This document shows, piece after piece, positions 39,122 to 53,011 of a stretch of DNA of 64,000 nt (positions are counted from its first letter, which is position 1; each line of letters begins with the position of its first letter). Under the pieces are notes generated by a model, which did not search any database, was not told the origin of the DNA, and saw only the letters and a program-made list of their open reading frames with translations. Position numbers and translations under genes: made by a program. Source of the DNA: Nageia nagi (taxonomy: Eukaryota > Plantae > Pinophyta). The DNA is taken from positions 176,576,001 to 176,640,000 of the forward strand of contig JBITNC010000001.1 of the NCBI GenBank assembly GCA_050084985.1. Direction: 5' to 3'.

Positions 39122-40842
39122 ATAAAGCAATCAAGATGAGAGCTGGTTTCAGCACATGATAGGTCATATAAGATCATCATGAATGTCCAACTAAGTCAAG
39201 TTTTGATGCATGATAAGTCATATAAGACTAAGCTAAAGAGATGGATCATAGGCTTGTAGACCTACCAAGTATTAGACTGTAGCACACAGGCATGTGATGC
39301 TTGAATAAGAGACCATGTTGAATGATAAATGATGCAAATGTTAGAGTGATCAAGACCAAAAGATAATGCAAGACAAGCATGCTCATTTTGTAAAAAATAG
39401 ATCGCACTCATCACCTGATAGAACAACACATACACACTCAACACCACAAAGGGGATAAGGGATGAGGAATAAAAGGTTTCTTGGTTTCCTTATTTGTAAT
39501 GAGAAAATAAGAAAACTAAAGATAGGGATGAAAGGTGAGTATAAGAACTCAGCTAAGGAAGGGTGTGTGACCAATATGGGATAAATCGCACCAATAGGTT
39601 GCTTAGCAAAGAGGTACTATAAGATCGTGAAAGAGGAAAGGGATGATATCCCCCTTGAGTGAGGAGGTGGGAGAAGGTCCTAGGATAGGGGCTCAACCAT
39701 CTAGCCGATCAATGAGAGAAAAAGATGAAGGTCAAAGAGTGAGAGGAGGTAAAAGATACTAACCAACTTGTTGCAAATCGATCAACACTAACTGACCTAT
39801 TGCAAATAGGTTAGCACTAGCTCACCTACTTTAGACTAATAGGATTATGTGTTATTAAGAAGACCATATTGACTAACCAGAAAGTAAAATGACTAATCGA
39901 TGGGATAGTTGGGAGGCAGGGTAAATAAAATAAAAAAGGTTGGTTCATGTTTATCATTTTGCACACCTACACTCGAGAGAACGAAGCTCTAACCTAGAGA
40001 GACCACCCCCATTCTCGAGTGCACCAGGTTGACCAGAGTTGGCAAGGAAAAATGGTGGTGGTAGCAAGAGCTGGATAGGACCCACCACATGGCCCACCTA
40101 AAGGAGAAGGTGATCACCTACACAAGCAGGTAAGTTATTAAAAACTCATCTAATTTCAATTTTGAAAGCATAGGATTATAGATCACTAGCATGTAAATAG
40201 AGAAAATACAATTTATTTTTTATTTGAATGGTTAAAAATGACCTAAAATAAGAAAAATCGTAGGAGAAACCCAAAACTAAGGCATCATCATTTTGGACAA
40301 ATTGATTGGTGAAACTAAATAAACATAGACTTAAAATGATCGCAACAAAATTTAAAACATTTTTGCTAAAACAAAAATTTAATTTAGGTTCCAAAAGAGG
40401 TACATTTTGCAAGATTTTGGAAGGTGTGGTATGGGGTTTTCGGCCTCAACCTTGACTCTACTAGTTAGTGAGCTACAAATGGGTCCCAATTTAGGGTCAT
40501 TTGGGCACACATCAATTAGCACCTAGATGACCTCAGATCGGACCAACTAGTTGGCCACCCAATCGATTGACTAGCAGGCTTACAAGATGTCGATTAATTT
40601 AAATTAATCAACCTATTGCAAACATGTTAGAAATCAACATAAAAGATAGGGTAGAAGACACATAAAAAGACTCCAATGGACCATAAGACATTGATATGAT
40701 TAATTGACTAGGACTCACGACATTAGGAAAATAAGGACAAAAATGCACCAACTTAAAACAAATACGATTGAATCAACAAAAAAGGTGCTAATGCAAATGA
40801 CAAAGAGGACTAACATAAGACTTGTTTTAATCATGTTTCCAG

Positions 40843-42590
40843 TTAATACCTAGCACAAGTTTAGGCCTATCCTGAAGGATGTGTGCAGGGTGCTAGATGA
40901 TGCAGACTAGATCTAGTTGGAGGCAATTGGTTTGGTAGGCCTAAGGATGATCACGATCGACCAAGCCTACATCTACATGCTGGTGGAGTGCTAGGATAGC
41001 TAGTGCAACACCTTCCACTTCCCCATGAGTGAGATGATGATCATGTTGGAGGACATCTACATGATCTACAGGGTGCTCATTGAGGGTAGGATGCTAACTA
41101 CTACAACTTCAAGGAGCCAGACTATGCAAAGGATGTTTGGTGATGGATGGTAGACCATTAGCATCGAACATGGTAGGGTTAAATATGTGGCTATATATGA
41201 TGTAGGATTACTAATGATCAATGAGACCATAGTTATGATGGTGATAAACTCATTTCTACTTCTAGATACCAGTGGGCATAGGATCCCCTAGAATCTGTTG
41301 AACATTATTAGGGATATTATCAAGGATGGGGTTGTCTATGCATGGGTCCTAGCTATCCTCAAGTAGACATATAGGTAGCTAGCCTATCGATAGTGACGTA
41401 GAATGGGGATTACAAGATCCCTATTAATACAGATCTGGGTGTGGGAGCATGTGCAATTAGATGTGATCTTATAGCTTATCTTTTGACATACATAATGTAG
41501 CTACGACTAATTCAAAGGCGCTTGTGGCTAGGCAGGATCTACCCTACACCCAAAACTAGTCTGAAGAGCATGAAGCACCTAAGAACCAACCCTATAAGGG
41601 GATGTGCACATGGCACCATAGCATGTGGGCCAATCTATGGGCTAAGGATATCATTTATAAACCCTAAAGAGGAGGGCTAGTATGGGCTGAGGAGGATGAT
41701 CAACTGGCATGAGTGCACTGATCCTACAATATATGCATGTAGAGGTTGAGGGATGTCGAGGTCTACAAGTTTGAGCAAGTGACTTGGCAACATAAGATTG
41801 CCCAGGTGTGCTGCCAAAGCTAGTGCTTTACTGATGGATAGAGGCATAGGGGGACCTACCTTAGAGATGCTACACAGAGTCAAACATAGCTTTGGATGCA
41901 ACCATGGCTATTCTGGATGTGGATGATGTAGGGATGAGTGTAAAGTATGATAAGTGGTGGGCTCCCTAGCAAGAGCAAGTAGTCCCTGATGGGGTGCTAT
42001 AGGCACCACCTCCATCAGGGGCATGAGAATAGGGAGGAGCAATGGTATCATGTGCCCTTACAGGAGAGGTGAGAGGAGAGCTCGCACTACCAGGGATGGG
42101 AGGGGTTAAAGATGATGAGTCATTTGATCAGGTAGCTTTTGATGCAAAGATGGGGACCTTGGATGGTGAGGAGGATGCTCACAAGGTAGGGATATTGGTA
42201 AAGCATGATCAAGTGTTGGGTGAGTAGGACATCACCCTTTACCAGCTTGATATAATGACTATAGAGAGGGATACTACAGTGGCATAGAGGGATGTCACGA
42301 CAATGTAGGGAGATATGCTACAAGTGTAGGTGGTTGGACTATAGGCATAGTTTGATACAACCTTATTAGAGGGACATCACCAAACCCAATTATTAGTGGT
42401 GACTACAAGGGTACGAGTGCCATACTCGAAGGTTGGACCATAAATTAAGGAGACTATAACTATAAGGGGCAAGAAGAGGTAGCTACACATATAGAGGCTA
42501 TGATGGTCACTCCATAGGTTTACCAGATTACCCTAGATCAATGGTAAAGAAAGGCTTCTAAGGCACTTGCATTCTAAGGGTAACTAATGA
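40843..42590 (+). pseudogene. Antisense accessory ORF encoding a Plant Mobile Domain (PMD, MAIN/MAIL-like) with a low-complexity tail
   Basis: IDQAYIYMLVEC*DS*CNTFHFPMSEMMIMLEDIYMIYRVLIEG (40956 on), YAWVLAILK*TYR*L (~41337), LLIQIWVWEH (~41421), YDKWW (~41946) match PMD motifs ERW..ETHTFHLP.GE.TITLEDV, Y.WG.A.LA.LYR.L and LLQ.W.WE. Confidence 0.88.
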
Positions 42591-45329
42591 TTATGGGGAT
42601 AATCACCATAGAGATCGTGTCTGGCAAGAGGAATCAGTCTAAGAGCTAGAGTCAAAGCTGAATGACCATGATAGGTTAAAGTATTCAATGATAGAGCAGC
42701 AACCACTCGACTAGAGTTAGGCCATCTAACAGGGTGTTCAGGGTCCCACAGGCACCAGGAAAGCCATTGAGACCACTCAAGGTAGCAGAGGGAAGGGGTT
42801 AGGCTAAACACCCTCCTCTCCCAAACAAGGATAAAGTAAATGGGGTTGATCACCTTAACAGTAGAGACTATAGTTTTGATCAAGATTTTGCCAGGCACCC
42901 ATGAGCGCAAATGTATTTTTTTGTATATCTAAACATGCGTATGCAGGACTATGCGATGTATATGGATATTATTTTGATGTATGATATGATATTTTGATGG
43001 ATGCAATGTATATGCATTTTTATTTATGGATGTATGGACACATTATGGATATGTATGGATGCATCACTTTGACACTATTGCTTTATGAGATGATGTTATG
43101 CTATATGCTGTTTAACATGGATGGATGCATTTATAATTATGCTATGTGTATTTGTACTTATATGCTATGGATGAGACAATGGATGTGTAAAATAAGCTAA
43201 AATGAACCCTAAATGAACACTAAAAGAACATACAATTAACATGAAAAAGATAACTTAAAAATGGACCTAAAATAAACATAAAAGAACATGAAATGAACTT
43301 GCATGTTTAATCACTTCACATGGTAAATGGACTTGTATGCTTAAACACACAAAAGAAGCAAACACACATGATAATATGGGATATAAACACAAATGATGTA
43401 TAATAACAAACAATAAAATAATAACTGAGCATAAAAGGTTAATAATAATAAAATGAATCATAACAAACAAACAAAAGATGATAAGTTAAATGCTTAAGAA
43501 GGTACAAAGAAATTAAGAAGATAAACAAACGATGATGACATGTGACGATATGATTAAATAATAAAAGAAACAAACCACAATGATAAACAATACTAAAAAA
43601 GGCAAGAAAGATAAGGTAAAATGCTGCAGAAATGCTACCAAATTTTACCCAAAATGGTGCACAAAATGAGGCAACAAACATGGCATATGATGCTTCTCAA
43701 AATGCTCAACATACATCGATCATGATCGTCACAAATAGAGATTAAGTTAGGATGTTGCAGAAAGACAATCCATTTGGACCAAAACTGAACCAAAGTGAAA
43801 AAGACACTTTTGAAAAAGTGAAAATTTGTGAAATTTGACAGATAATAACAAACGACCATGTTGACGATTTGACTAATGGTCCTGATGATATGGTATATGG
43901 TTGTACAATCTAAACACAAGATCAAATGGTTAAAAAAATAGAGTTCATTTGACATATTTATAAATTCCAAACTAAAGGTAACTTATTAGGGTGCGACACC
44001 TTTCAGTGGTCACTAAAAAGGTGTCATTCCAAGTAGCCTCAAAAATGGTTTTTGGAAAGATAATAAACGATGAGCTATGGACTTGAAACTTGACATGATG
44101 ATTGCATTTACATTGATGGAGGATTAGAAAAAGATAGATCTAAAAATAGAGGTCATATGATGCATCAAAGAGATAAATCAAGTAGGTAATTTTCACAGGG
44201 TCAAATTTCAGGACCTACATCCCTAAAATTTGAAACTGCAACAAATAATCGTGAAACATAATGAAAGTGGATAGGGAGACTTAAAATGGAATAGAAATAC
44301 CATAGGAGGCTAGGTTTGAAAAATGGACAACTGATCATGTTTGCATGCACATGCATTGAGGCACCACATGGAACAAAGTAGCGACTTAGGGCTAGAGGCA
44401 AATGGCCAAATCAAACAAAACAAAAGTTGTTGACATGAAGATCAATGATAAATGAAGTAACTAAATACCAAAACATGACTAGAGGAAATGATAAGACATG
44501 AAAATATGAATGATAAAAATGGCAAAAATGCTAAATAATAAGATAAGAGAAATGACATCGAAGGAGTCCAAAATGTATTTTGAGTCATCTGCAACATAAG
44601 GATTTCTCTCTGAAACCATGATAGTCACAACCTATGGTCAAACTTGAGGGAATGACAAAAGAAAACCCGAAGTGGCTGTGACCCAAGTGGTTATGTCCTC
44701 ATCAAGAATCGCATACAGGATAAGATGACAAGAGGTGATAAATGGACATACAATAATGTCAGTGATATGACACAAGGCAAGAAATGGATGAATGATGGTT
44801 GGACTCTTCTAGTTACATAAGGGATCGACTTCCACATATGTACAAGATTGTACATGCTTTACTAAGGATTTAAGAGATAATATCCAATGGTCAACCCCAG
44901 AGGAAGACCAATATTGATACCAAATAAATGCAAGCAACACAAATGATAAAAAGTGATTACAGATGCAAAAATGAGGGAAGAACATGACACAAGGTGTCTA
45001 GGATCTGAGTGACTATGGTCCTACCCCAAAGTATGCATAAATGTGAAGGTACGAAAGGAGGGATAGGCTTGAGTATCGACTCCTAATGAGGTAATTCAAA
45101 GTAATAAAGGGATGAATGACACAATGTGATATAACATATGAGAGAAATAAAGTACCTACACTTAAGGTACCATCCCCCAACTTGGTATAAATGAGAAGAT
45201 GAAGATGATCAGGAAGACATGAATAAAATAATGCAAGACAAAACACAATAAAGAAAAATATAACAAACATAAAGCAAGCATGAAAAGGACGAATATGGAT
45301 GATATTGATAGGATCAAGTTCTTTAAGTC

Positions 45330-48300
45330 CTTCCAAGTTAGCAATATGATACACACTTAAACCAATCTTGCACTTAAAAATTAAGGGGCCTAGCCAATTT
45401 GAGCCAAACTTGTCCTTGATAGGATGCTTGAGATGGGATTGCTGTTGGTTCTTTTTAAGCACAAGATCACCAAATTGAAACTCATAAGGTTAGACCTTCT
45501 TGTTAAATGCTCATTTAATATGCTTTTGATAAATCTTATGATGCTCAATCGCATTAATGTGCTTGTCATCAAGCAAAGTAAGTTGATCCAATGAAGCTTG
45601 ACAAGCTTCTTCATCAAGGATAAAGTCCTTGAGTGACACATGCAAGGAATGGATCTCAAGTTCAAGAGGCATGATAGTCTCTGCACCATAGATGAGAGAG
45701 AAAGGAGTAGCACCCATGTGCATTGGAATACTAGTGCGATATGCCCATAAAGTGTACGGAGGATATTCATGCCAATTACAATGATTATCATTAACCATTT
45801 TCTTGAAAATCATGAAAATCATCTTATTGGTGGCCTCAACTTGATCATTACCTAGGGGTAATAAGGCATGGGGAATGATTTCTTGATATGATATTAATTA
45901 CACATTCTTCTCATATGTTGATTCTTAAAATTAAGACCATTATCAGTAGGGATCCTTGTAGGAATACCAAATCGACATATGATACGAGTCTTTATGAAAG
46001 ATACAATCTTGGAACCCATAGTAGAGACTGATGGAACTGTCTCTACCCACTTGGTAAGGTACTCAACGGCAGTGATAATGAAATTATAACTACTAGATGA
46101 AGGAGGGAAAAATTGATCGATAAGAACAAAACCCCACTGGGAAAAAGGCCACATGACCTAGATTGGCTGAAAAGGCTAAGAAGGCACGAGATGAAGATGG
46201 GCATGTTGTTGACACTTGACACACTTCTTGACATATTCATTACAATCTTGTTCCATGGTAGGAAAATAATAACCCATCTGTAGAAGGTGTTTAACGATAA
46301 ATGTACCATTGAAGTGTCCACCACAAATGTTATCATGAAAATTCGACATGGCGATTTGTTGGTCATAAAGCTCGAGAAAATGAAGGACTCCATCAAAAGA
46401 TCACATATAAAGGATATCTCCTAAAAGTGCATATCAAGGAGCATGATGCTTGAAAGTATGCTTCTCATTGGGTGACATATTAGGATAAAAGACATTCCAC
46501 TTGAGATTCTCATGAAGCTGCTTGTACCACAAGTCTTAAGACTCAATTGAAATCTCACCAACACTAGCTTCGATGAAAGGGGGAGACAAAGAAGACTTAA
46601 GGGATGAATCCTTAATAGTCATAATTTTCACTTGCTGTATTGGTTGATGTGGATTAGGTGGAACAAGTGACCTTAAGGAAGCCATGGTATTCGTAAACTG
46701 ATTAGAGGACCTAGGGGCTGACTTGATCTTATAGTATTTAAAGAACTTGAGAAGCCTAACGACCTCTTCTCTATAGGATTCAAGGAGTTCATTATGATAT
46801 TGATAAACTCTCAAGAATTGGTTGATGACTAAGAGAAAGTCATCGTGTATCATGAGCATCTCAATCTTAAGGATGATGGTAGTCCTAAGATCTATGATTA
46901 AGGCTTCATATTATGCATTGTTATTGGTACAAGGGAAAGCCAACTTGGAAGAATAAGGGATGGGAACACCTTGAGGCATGAATAAGATAACTCCCACACC
47001 ACTCCCTTGCTCACACTTAGATTTATCAAAATACATGGTCATATCAAATTCTTGGTATGTATCAATGGATTCCTCCTCTTTGTTAATCTTAAAGATATCC
47101 TCATCAGGGAAATTGATGTTGAGAGGAGAGTTATCAAGAAAAGGAGATTTGACCAACTGATTGGCTATGACTTGACCCTTAATGGATTTTTGAATAATAA
47201 ATTCAAGGTCAAACTCAGATAAAAATATAAGCCAGTTAGATGTTCACGAATTATGATAAGTCTTGCTCATCATATGCTGTAGGGGATTAGCACACAAAAT
47301 TATGTAAGTCATGTGATTAAGCATATATTGACATAATTTCTTGGCCATAAAGGTGATTATGAGGTAAAGATCCTCTATATATATGTACCTAAGCTCATAA
47401 TTGATAAGAGTATGGCTAAGGTAATAGACAACTTGCTCCTTGCCTTGAGCATTCTTTTGAGCAAGCATGACTCCTAAAGCAAAATCGATCATCAAAAGAT
47501 AAAGATAGAAAGGAAGATAATCCCTAGGAGGGATCAAGGTAGGGGGAGTAATGATATAGTGTTTAATATCATCAAGATCTTATTGACACTTCTCATTCCA
47601 CTCGTAGACCATGCCCTTCATCAAGAGATTGTTAAAAGGATGACACTTATCTGAAAGCTGAGCTATAAAGCGATGAATGGCTTGGATTTTACCTTGAAGA
47701 CTCATCAAGGTCTTAAGATTATGAGGAGGAGGCATATAAATGATACCCTTGATCTTTTTAGGATCAATCCCAATACCTCGCTTGGACAAGATGAAACCTA
47801 GAAGCTAACCTGATGTGACACCAAAAATGCACTTCTTATGGTTCAACCTAACATTATGCTCGAGAAGATGGTGAAAGATCTTGCAAATAACATCTTAATA
47901 TACTTCATGTGTCTTAGATTTGGCTAAAATATAATCAACTTAATCCTCCATAATATCATGCATCATGTCATGAAAGATATAAGTCATGACCCTTTGATAG
48001 GTTGCTCCTACATTCTTTAGACCAAAGGACATGACTCAATAAAAGTAAGTCCTCCAAGGGGTGCTAAAAGTTATCTTATGTTGATCATTTGGATTTACCC
48101 ATATTTGGTTATAGCCTAAAAAATCCTCCATAAGAAATAACATCTAATATACTACAGTATTATCAACTAAGATATCAATATTGGGTAATGGGAAGTTATC
48201 GTTAGGACACACCTTGTTAAGTTCATGAAAATTCATGCAAATACAAATACGACCATTAGATCGATTGATGGGAACCATATTGGAAACCCACTTAGAGTAA

Positions 48301-48560
48301 TCAATAGATTCGATAAAGTGACCCTTCAAGAGCTTTTAAAGCTCATCCTTGATCAAAAGAGATTGGATTGGATTAAACTTTTTAGGTTTTTGCTTGATCA
48401 ATTTGGTATTAGGATAGGTCATAATGTTATGCACGATAAGGCTAGGATTTAAACTTGGCATATCAATATAATTGAAGGTAAAGATTTTACAAAACTCAAT
48501 CAAAATCGATTTAGCTAAGTCACACTCAGACTCATTCAAAAGATCATCAACATAAATGAT
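45330..48560 (-). pseudogene. pol: Tat/Ogre pol: RT, RNase H, additional (archaeal-type) RNase H, integrase
   Basis: WVSNMVP..NFHELNKVCPNDNFPLPNID; MSFGLKNVGATYQR; GIDPKKIK; QVVYYLSHTL; MYFDKSKCEQGSGVGVIL..FPCTNNNA; WPFSQWG..YLTKWVE..CRFGIP..TDNGLNF; LWAYRTS..GATPFSLIYGAE. Confidence 0.95.
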
Positions 48561-49143
48561 CCTATGATCATCGATATCACCACTAATATCAATCTCAACT
48601 ACACCCACATGCATATGGGACCCTTCTTCAAGTTGTTGAAGGATGGGAAGATATGAGTAATCATATTCAGTAGGATTAAGGATAAGAGACATAGAATATG
48701 AGAAATATGCTTCATCAAAAGACCAATGAGAAGGAAAAAAAATCTTGTGAGGGGAAAAGAAACCTGATGGTGGTAAAGAGAAATCCACAGATTCACAACT
48801 GACAGCAATCAAAGAGTCACCATCAAGGGGATGATACAAAGAATCAAGCTCATAAAGAGAAATCATATTGAAATTTTTGACCAAATTTGAAGATGAAGGA
48901 TCATCAAATAAATCAAACAGGATAGAACAATTTGATGAACTAGGACTAGAATGGCAAAAATAAAGACTAGTATCATCAACATCAAAAGACTAATTGTTAA
49001 TGTCAAGATTGGAAAATTATTCTTAGAGCATGAAGGATTTGGGACCTTTAAAATGAAGGACCCTCTTGTCATGACCATCTTGAAAAGTAATTAGAAGTCA
49101 TGGACCATACCTTGCTTAAACTAGCCCAATGCATAACCTTTCC

Positions 49144-49243
49144 ATTTATAATATTGAAAATATCATCAAATAAAATTAGGACATGATAAATTTCTATTTA
49201 TAATATTGAAAATATCATCAAATAAAATTAGGACATGATAAAT
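49144..49243. repeat. 52-bp-period tandem duplication next to a G-patch-like remnant
   Basis: atttataatattgaaaatatcatcaaataaaattaggacatgataaat twice; minus frame WKGYALG*FKQG just to the left. Confidence 0.85.
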
Positions 49244-52200
49244 AATCAACTTTAGCACAAAACCTCCCTTTGAAAGGATGCTCAAAAGGGACATCAAATA
49301 GAGAATCAAGACTAGTGTAAATAAAAAAAGATTGTTTGGGAATTTAACCTAATAGAAATAACAAATCTAATGGTGATGGAAGCATCTTAAGGTAACCTGA
49401 AATCCTTGACTAAATCAACATTACATGACACATCCTCAATCCGATATTCCCCCAAACAAAGGTTAGCATATTGCACCAAAATAGGGTAAGGATTAGAATC
49501 ATCATGGTCATCGACCTTATGCTGAGTGATATGATCAAATGTGGAAGCATGAAATTTTTCCTATTGGGAAGGTTGAAGTGGCACGTATGAGGATTGTGAT
49601 AAAGGTCACAAGGTGGGGGAACTTGATTATAAGATTGAGGTTGAGAGGACTTGGGTTGAGGCTTCTTGACTTGAGGCCTATAATCTAATGATAGCAATGA
49701 TGAAGACTCAATGGAAGACTTACCTATTGGAATGTATAATGCATTATTGTAAAGGTTATGTAATAATATTCTATGTAAATTCACTAATACTTAAGGGTAT
49801 AATGCATTATTGTAAAGATTATATAAAAGGATGTGCATGTCATGCTTTTGTACATTGGATAAAAGGGTGATCCAAAGAAGGATTTTGGCCTATAAATAGA
49901 AGGCTTCCTATTTGTGATCACACATCAATTGTGGAGTAAAGTTATGCTATAGGATAGAAGTGTAGGAGATAAGATTAGGAGGATTGTAAGAGAGTTGTAT
50001 TTGTGATTGAAGTAAAGATCTAGTTAGTGTATGTACTCGTAGTTGGAGGAACCACTTACATCTTGTATTGTGAGATTGTTTTATGAGTTTGTTAGATGTA
50101 ATTATGAGCTTTCAAGGGATCTTGGTTGTTTAGGAATTATCTTAGTGTTAGTTCCTTCAAATTGGTATCAAATCTTGGTGTTAAGGCTCTTCTTCTACAA
50201 CTTGGTGATCTTCATTCCTCATTATACACCTCATATCTTCATTTCATTGTTGTGGTAACACTAAGAGAAGGTATAAATTCCTACCCTCTTGGTTAATTAT
50301 TTTTTGATCATTGCATCATGCTACTAACAGAGTATTTGCTATGTGTTAGTTCTCTTAAGCATAATATAGCTAACAAAATTGTAATTTTTTTTTGGTTTAT
50401 GCTAACCTCCTATGATTACTTACAATTTATTTAATTGTAACATTTTTTTTTGGGAGAGTTATTATATAAAATTTGTGTAATATTACAAAAGTAATATTAT
50501 TTTGTAATACTACAAAATATGTTTTTTTTTTTTTAACAAAGGAAGTAATTAGTTCACAATGGTTTGCATTTTTAAGCTAAAAAAAAGGGGTATCATTTAT
50601 ATTTGCAAAAATAATATATATATTTACAATTTGTTTGGAAGCTCAAGATTATTACCATTGTACCTATTTTTTAAAATGAGCCATGTCATCAAATGGAGGC
50701 ATGATGGTTAAAGTCGATTATGCAGAGTCTTTTGAACCTATGAGTAGCCGAGGGTATCGAGTTCTACGCCTTGTTTCCTATGCTAATTGCCAAGCCACAT
50801 TTTTTTTACGCTCACCCTATCCTTGGCCTTGTTGGTTGCCTCATTCTTATTGGTGTTTGATAGAGGCCTTTTTCTTTTCTCTTTTTCCTGCACCACCTCA
50901 CCCATCATGGTCCTCTCACCTTCTCTCACTTGTGTATTCCCTCCAGCCTACGCTCCATGGTGGTGGAGCACTCTTGCCTCTATGTTGCGTAGTTCTAATT
51001 TCAGACATAAAACATTTGGTGTAATAGTTCTTGCTTATTATTGATAAATCTGTAAGACTACAAAGCAATCCTACCTCCAAACCAAACATTTGGTCTTCCT
51101 CTCATTTGCCCCACTCATGGAAAGGAGGCTCCTCCCTCCTCACGGATTTCTTGATTAAATGGCCCTCATAACCTATTAAGTAACCATAAGTGGGTTGGTT
51201 GGCCTCCCTCCACTTAGCCCTCTTCCTAGTGCAAAGCATGGTCATCAGATTGTAGAGCTTTCATGTATTATATTCACACCTGCTCCGCTTAGGCCCCTTC
51301 CTCATGCAACCACTTGGTCTCTCCTCTGCCAAGGCATATCTTTTTTTCTTTCTACCATTATCTCCTCCAATTTTTTTTACTTTGTTTTTTACTTATGGTT
51401 GTTAGGCATTTAATTTTGAAATACTTGCAAGTCTTCTTTTTCCACTTAATGCATTCAAAAGCATTAATTACTTGTATAATGTATACTCAAAGTTATTTGT
51501 ATTAATGACTCCACCCCTTACCTTGAGCCTTAAGAGAAAATGATGACTTGTACTTAATTTTAAGGAGAATTCCAAGGTAATTTAGAATTTTTTTAGCAAA
51601 TTACTTTAAATACCTTTTTTTTCTCATGCTATAGGGATTTTTGTTTGTAAGTGATAAATTTGTTTACTAAAATAAAATTTGTAATGTTTTTAATACTATA
51701 CTAAGCATTTATTCAAGGGATCTTTTTAAAGTAAAAGGAGGGGGAAATATTTATGAATTTCATTACTTGAATGTTTAGATCCTTTATGTTTAAAGTACAT
51801 TTTTATCACTTAGAAACTTTTATACTTGTTAAAATAATGCATGCTTATTACTTAATTTTTTAAGTTATGGGAATAATGCATTACTTAATTTGTTTTTAAA
51901 TTAAAATACACATGCTTATTAATTATTAAGTTAATGATGCATTTTTTGGCTTAATTCTTAGAGCTTAATTTTTTTTAAGTTAATGCATACTTAAGGACTT
52001 AAATTATAACTAAAAGATGCATGCTTATTACTTATTAAGTTAATGATGCATTTTTTTTTATTTAATGCTTAGAGCTTAAATTTGTAAGTTAATGCTTATG
52101 AATTAAAAAATGCATGTTGAATATTTTTCCTTTATGCAAAGTTAATTTATGCAAATTATGGAATTAATTATTATTTTACAAAGTTAACTTATGCAAATAT

Positions 52201-53011
52201 ATGGACCTACGTAAAAATATCCTCTAGGGGTTAGTAAACAAAAGCCATTGGACTCTTAAGGTTCCATGTTATGGATGGATGATGCTGCTCTTTACTTCAT
52301 ATTTTGCATTTTGTTTTATTTGCTTATGCAAACAAAAATGTAAACATTGATATGGGTAACCCCCTAAAATGAACACATCTGCATGTACATTCTATAATAT
52401 GACTTATCTGGGGAGCCATGAGGTGAGGACAGGTGAAATGGAGCCTTTAAATCCAACAATCCAAATGGTAAAAAGTCTATACGTATCAATTGCCTCTAAG
52501 TCCTCTATTGGTATGGATTTAACTCTAATAGGTGGACAGGTATGTGTGTAGTTATACCACATATTCGCATGTCCATTCAGGGATTATCCTGATAACCTAG
52601 GAGGACAACTTGAAACCTAATCAAGATTAATAATTTGGTTGATCCAATAAATATCATAACCTTAAAAAATAGTAGGTACTTCTTATGAGAAAGTATAAAA
52701 CTGACCAAAGTGAACTGGTTGAGGATTGGTAGTAGTTGGGCTTCTCTTATGTGGGCATCTAGGTGAAGGCCTAATTTTAGATAAGAAAACAAGCCTCAAC
52801 AATGTCACTCTACATCTATGATTTTTAAGATGAGAAATGTATTTGGATACATGGGTTATTATTTGAGTTGTAAAACATTTGCACTTATGAATCAAATCAA
52901 GAATGTCTCTAGTGTTAAAAGTAACATGTACTATTTACTTGGTTAAAACTTAACATTTAATATTGTTCATTAAATCACATGCTTATTATTTTTCACATTC
53001 TTGTGTAGCAA

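Noticed and set aside
42910-43700. Met/Tyr/Cys-rich and hydrophobic ORFs as env-like or membrane proteins
   Set aside because: Low-complexity, strand-biased spacer between converging PMD and pol regions; short ORFs without motifs
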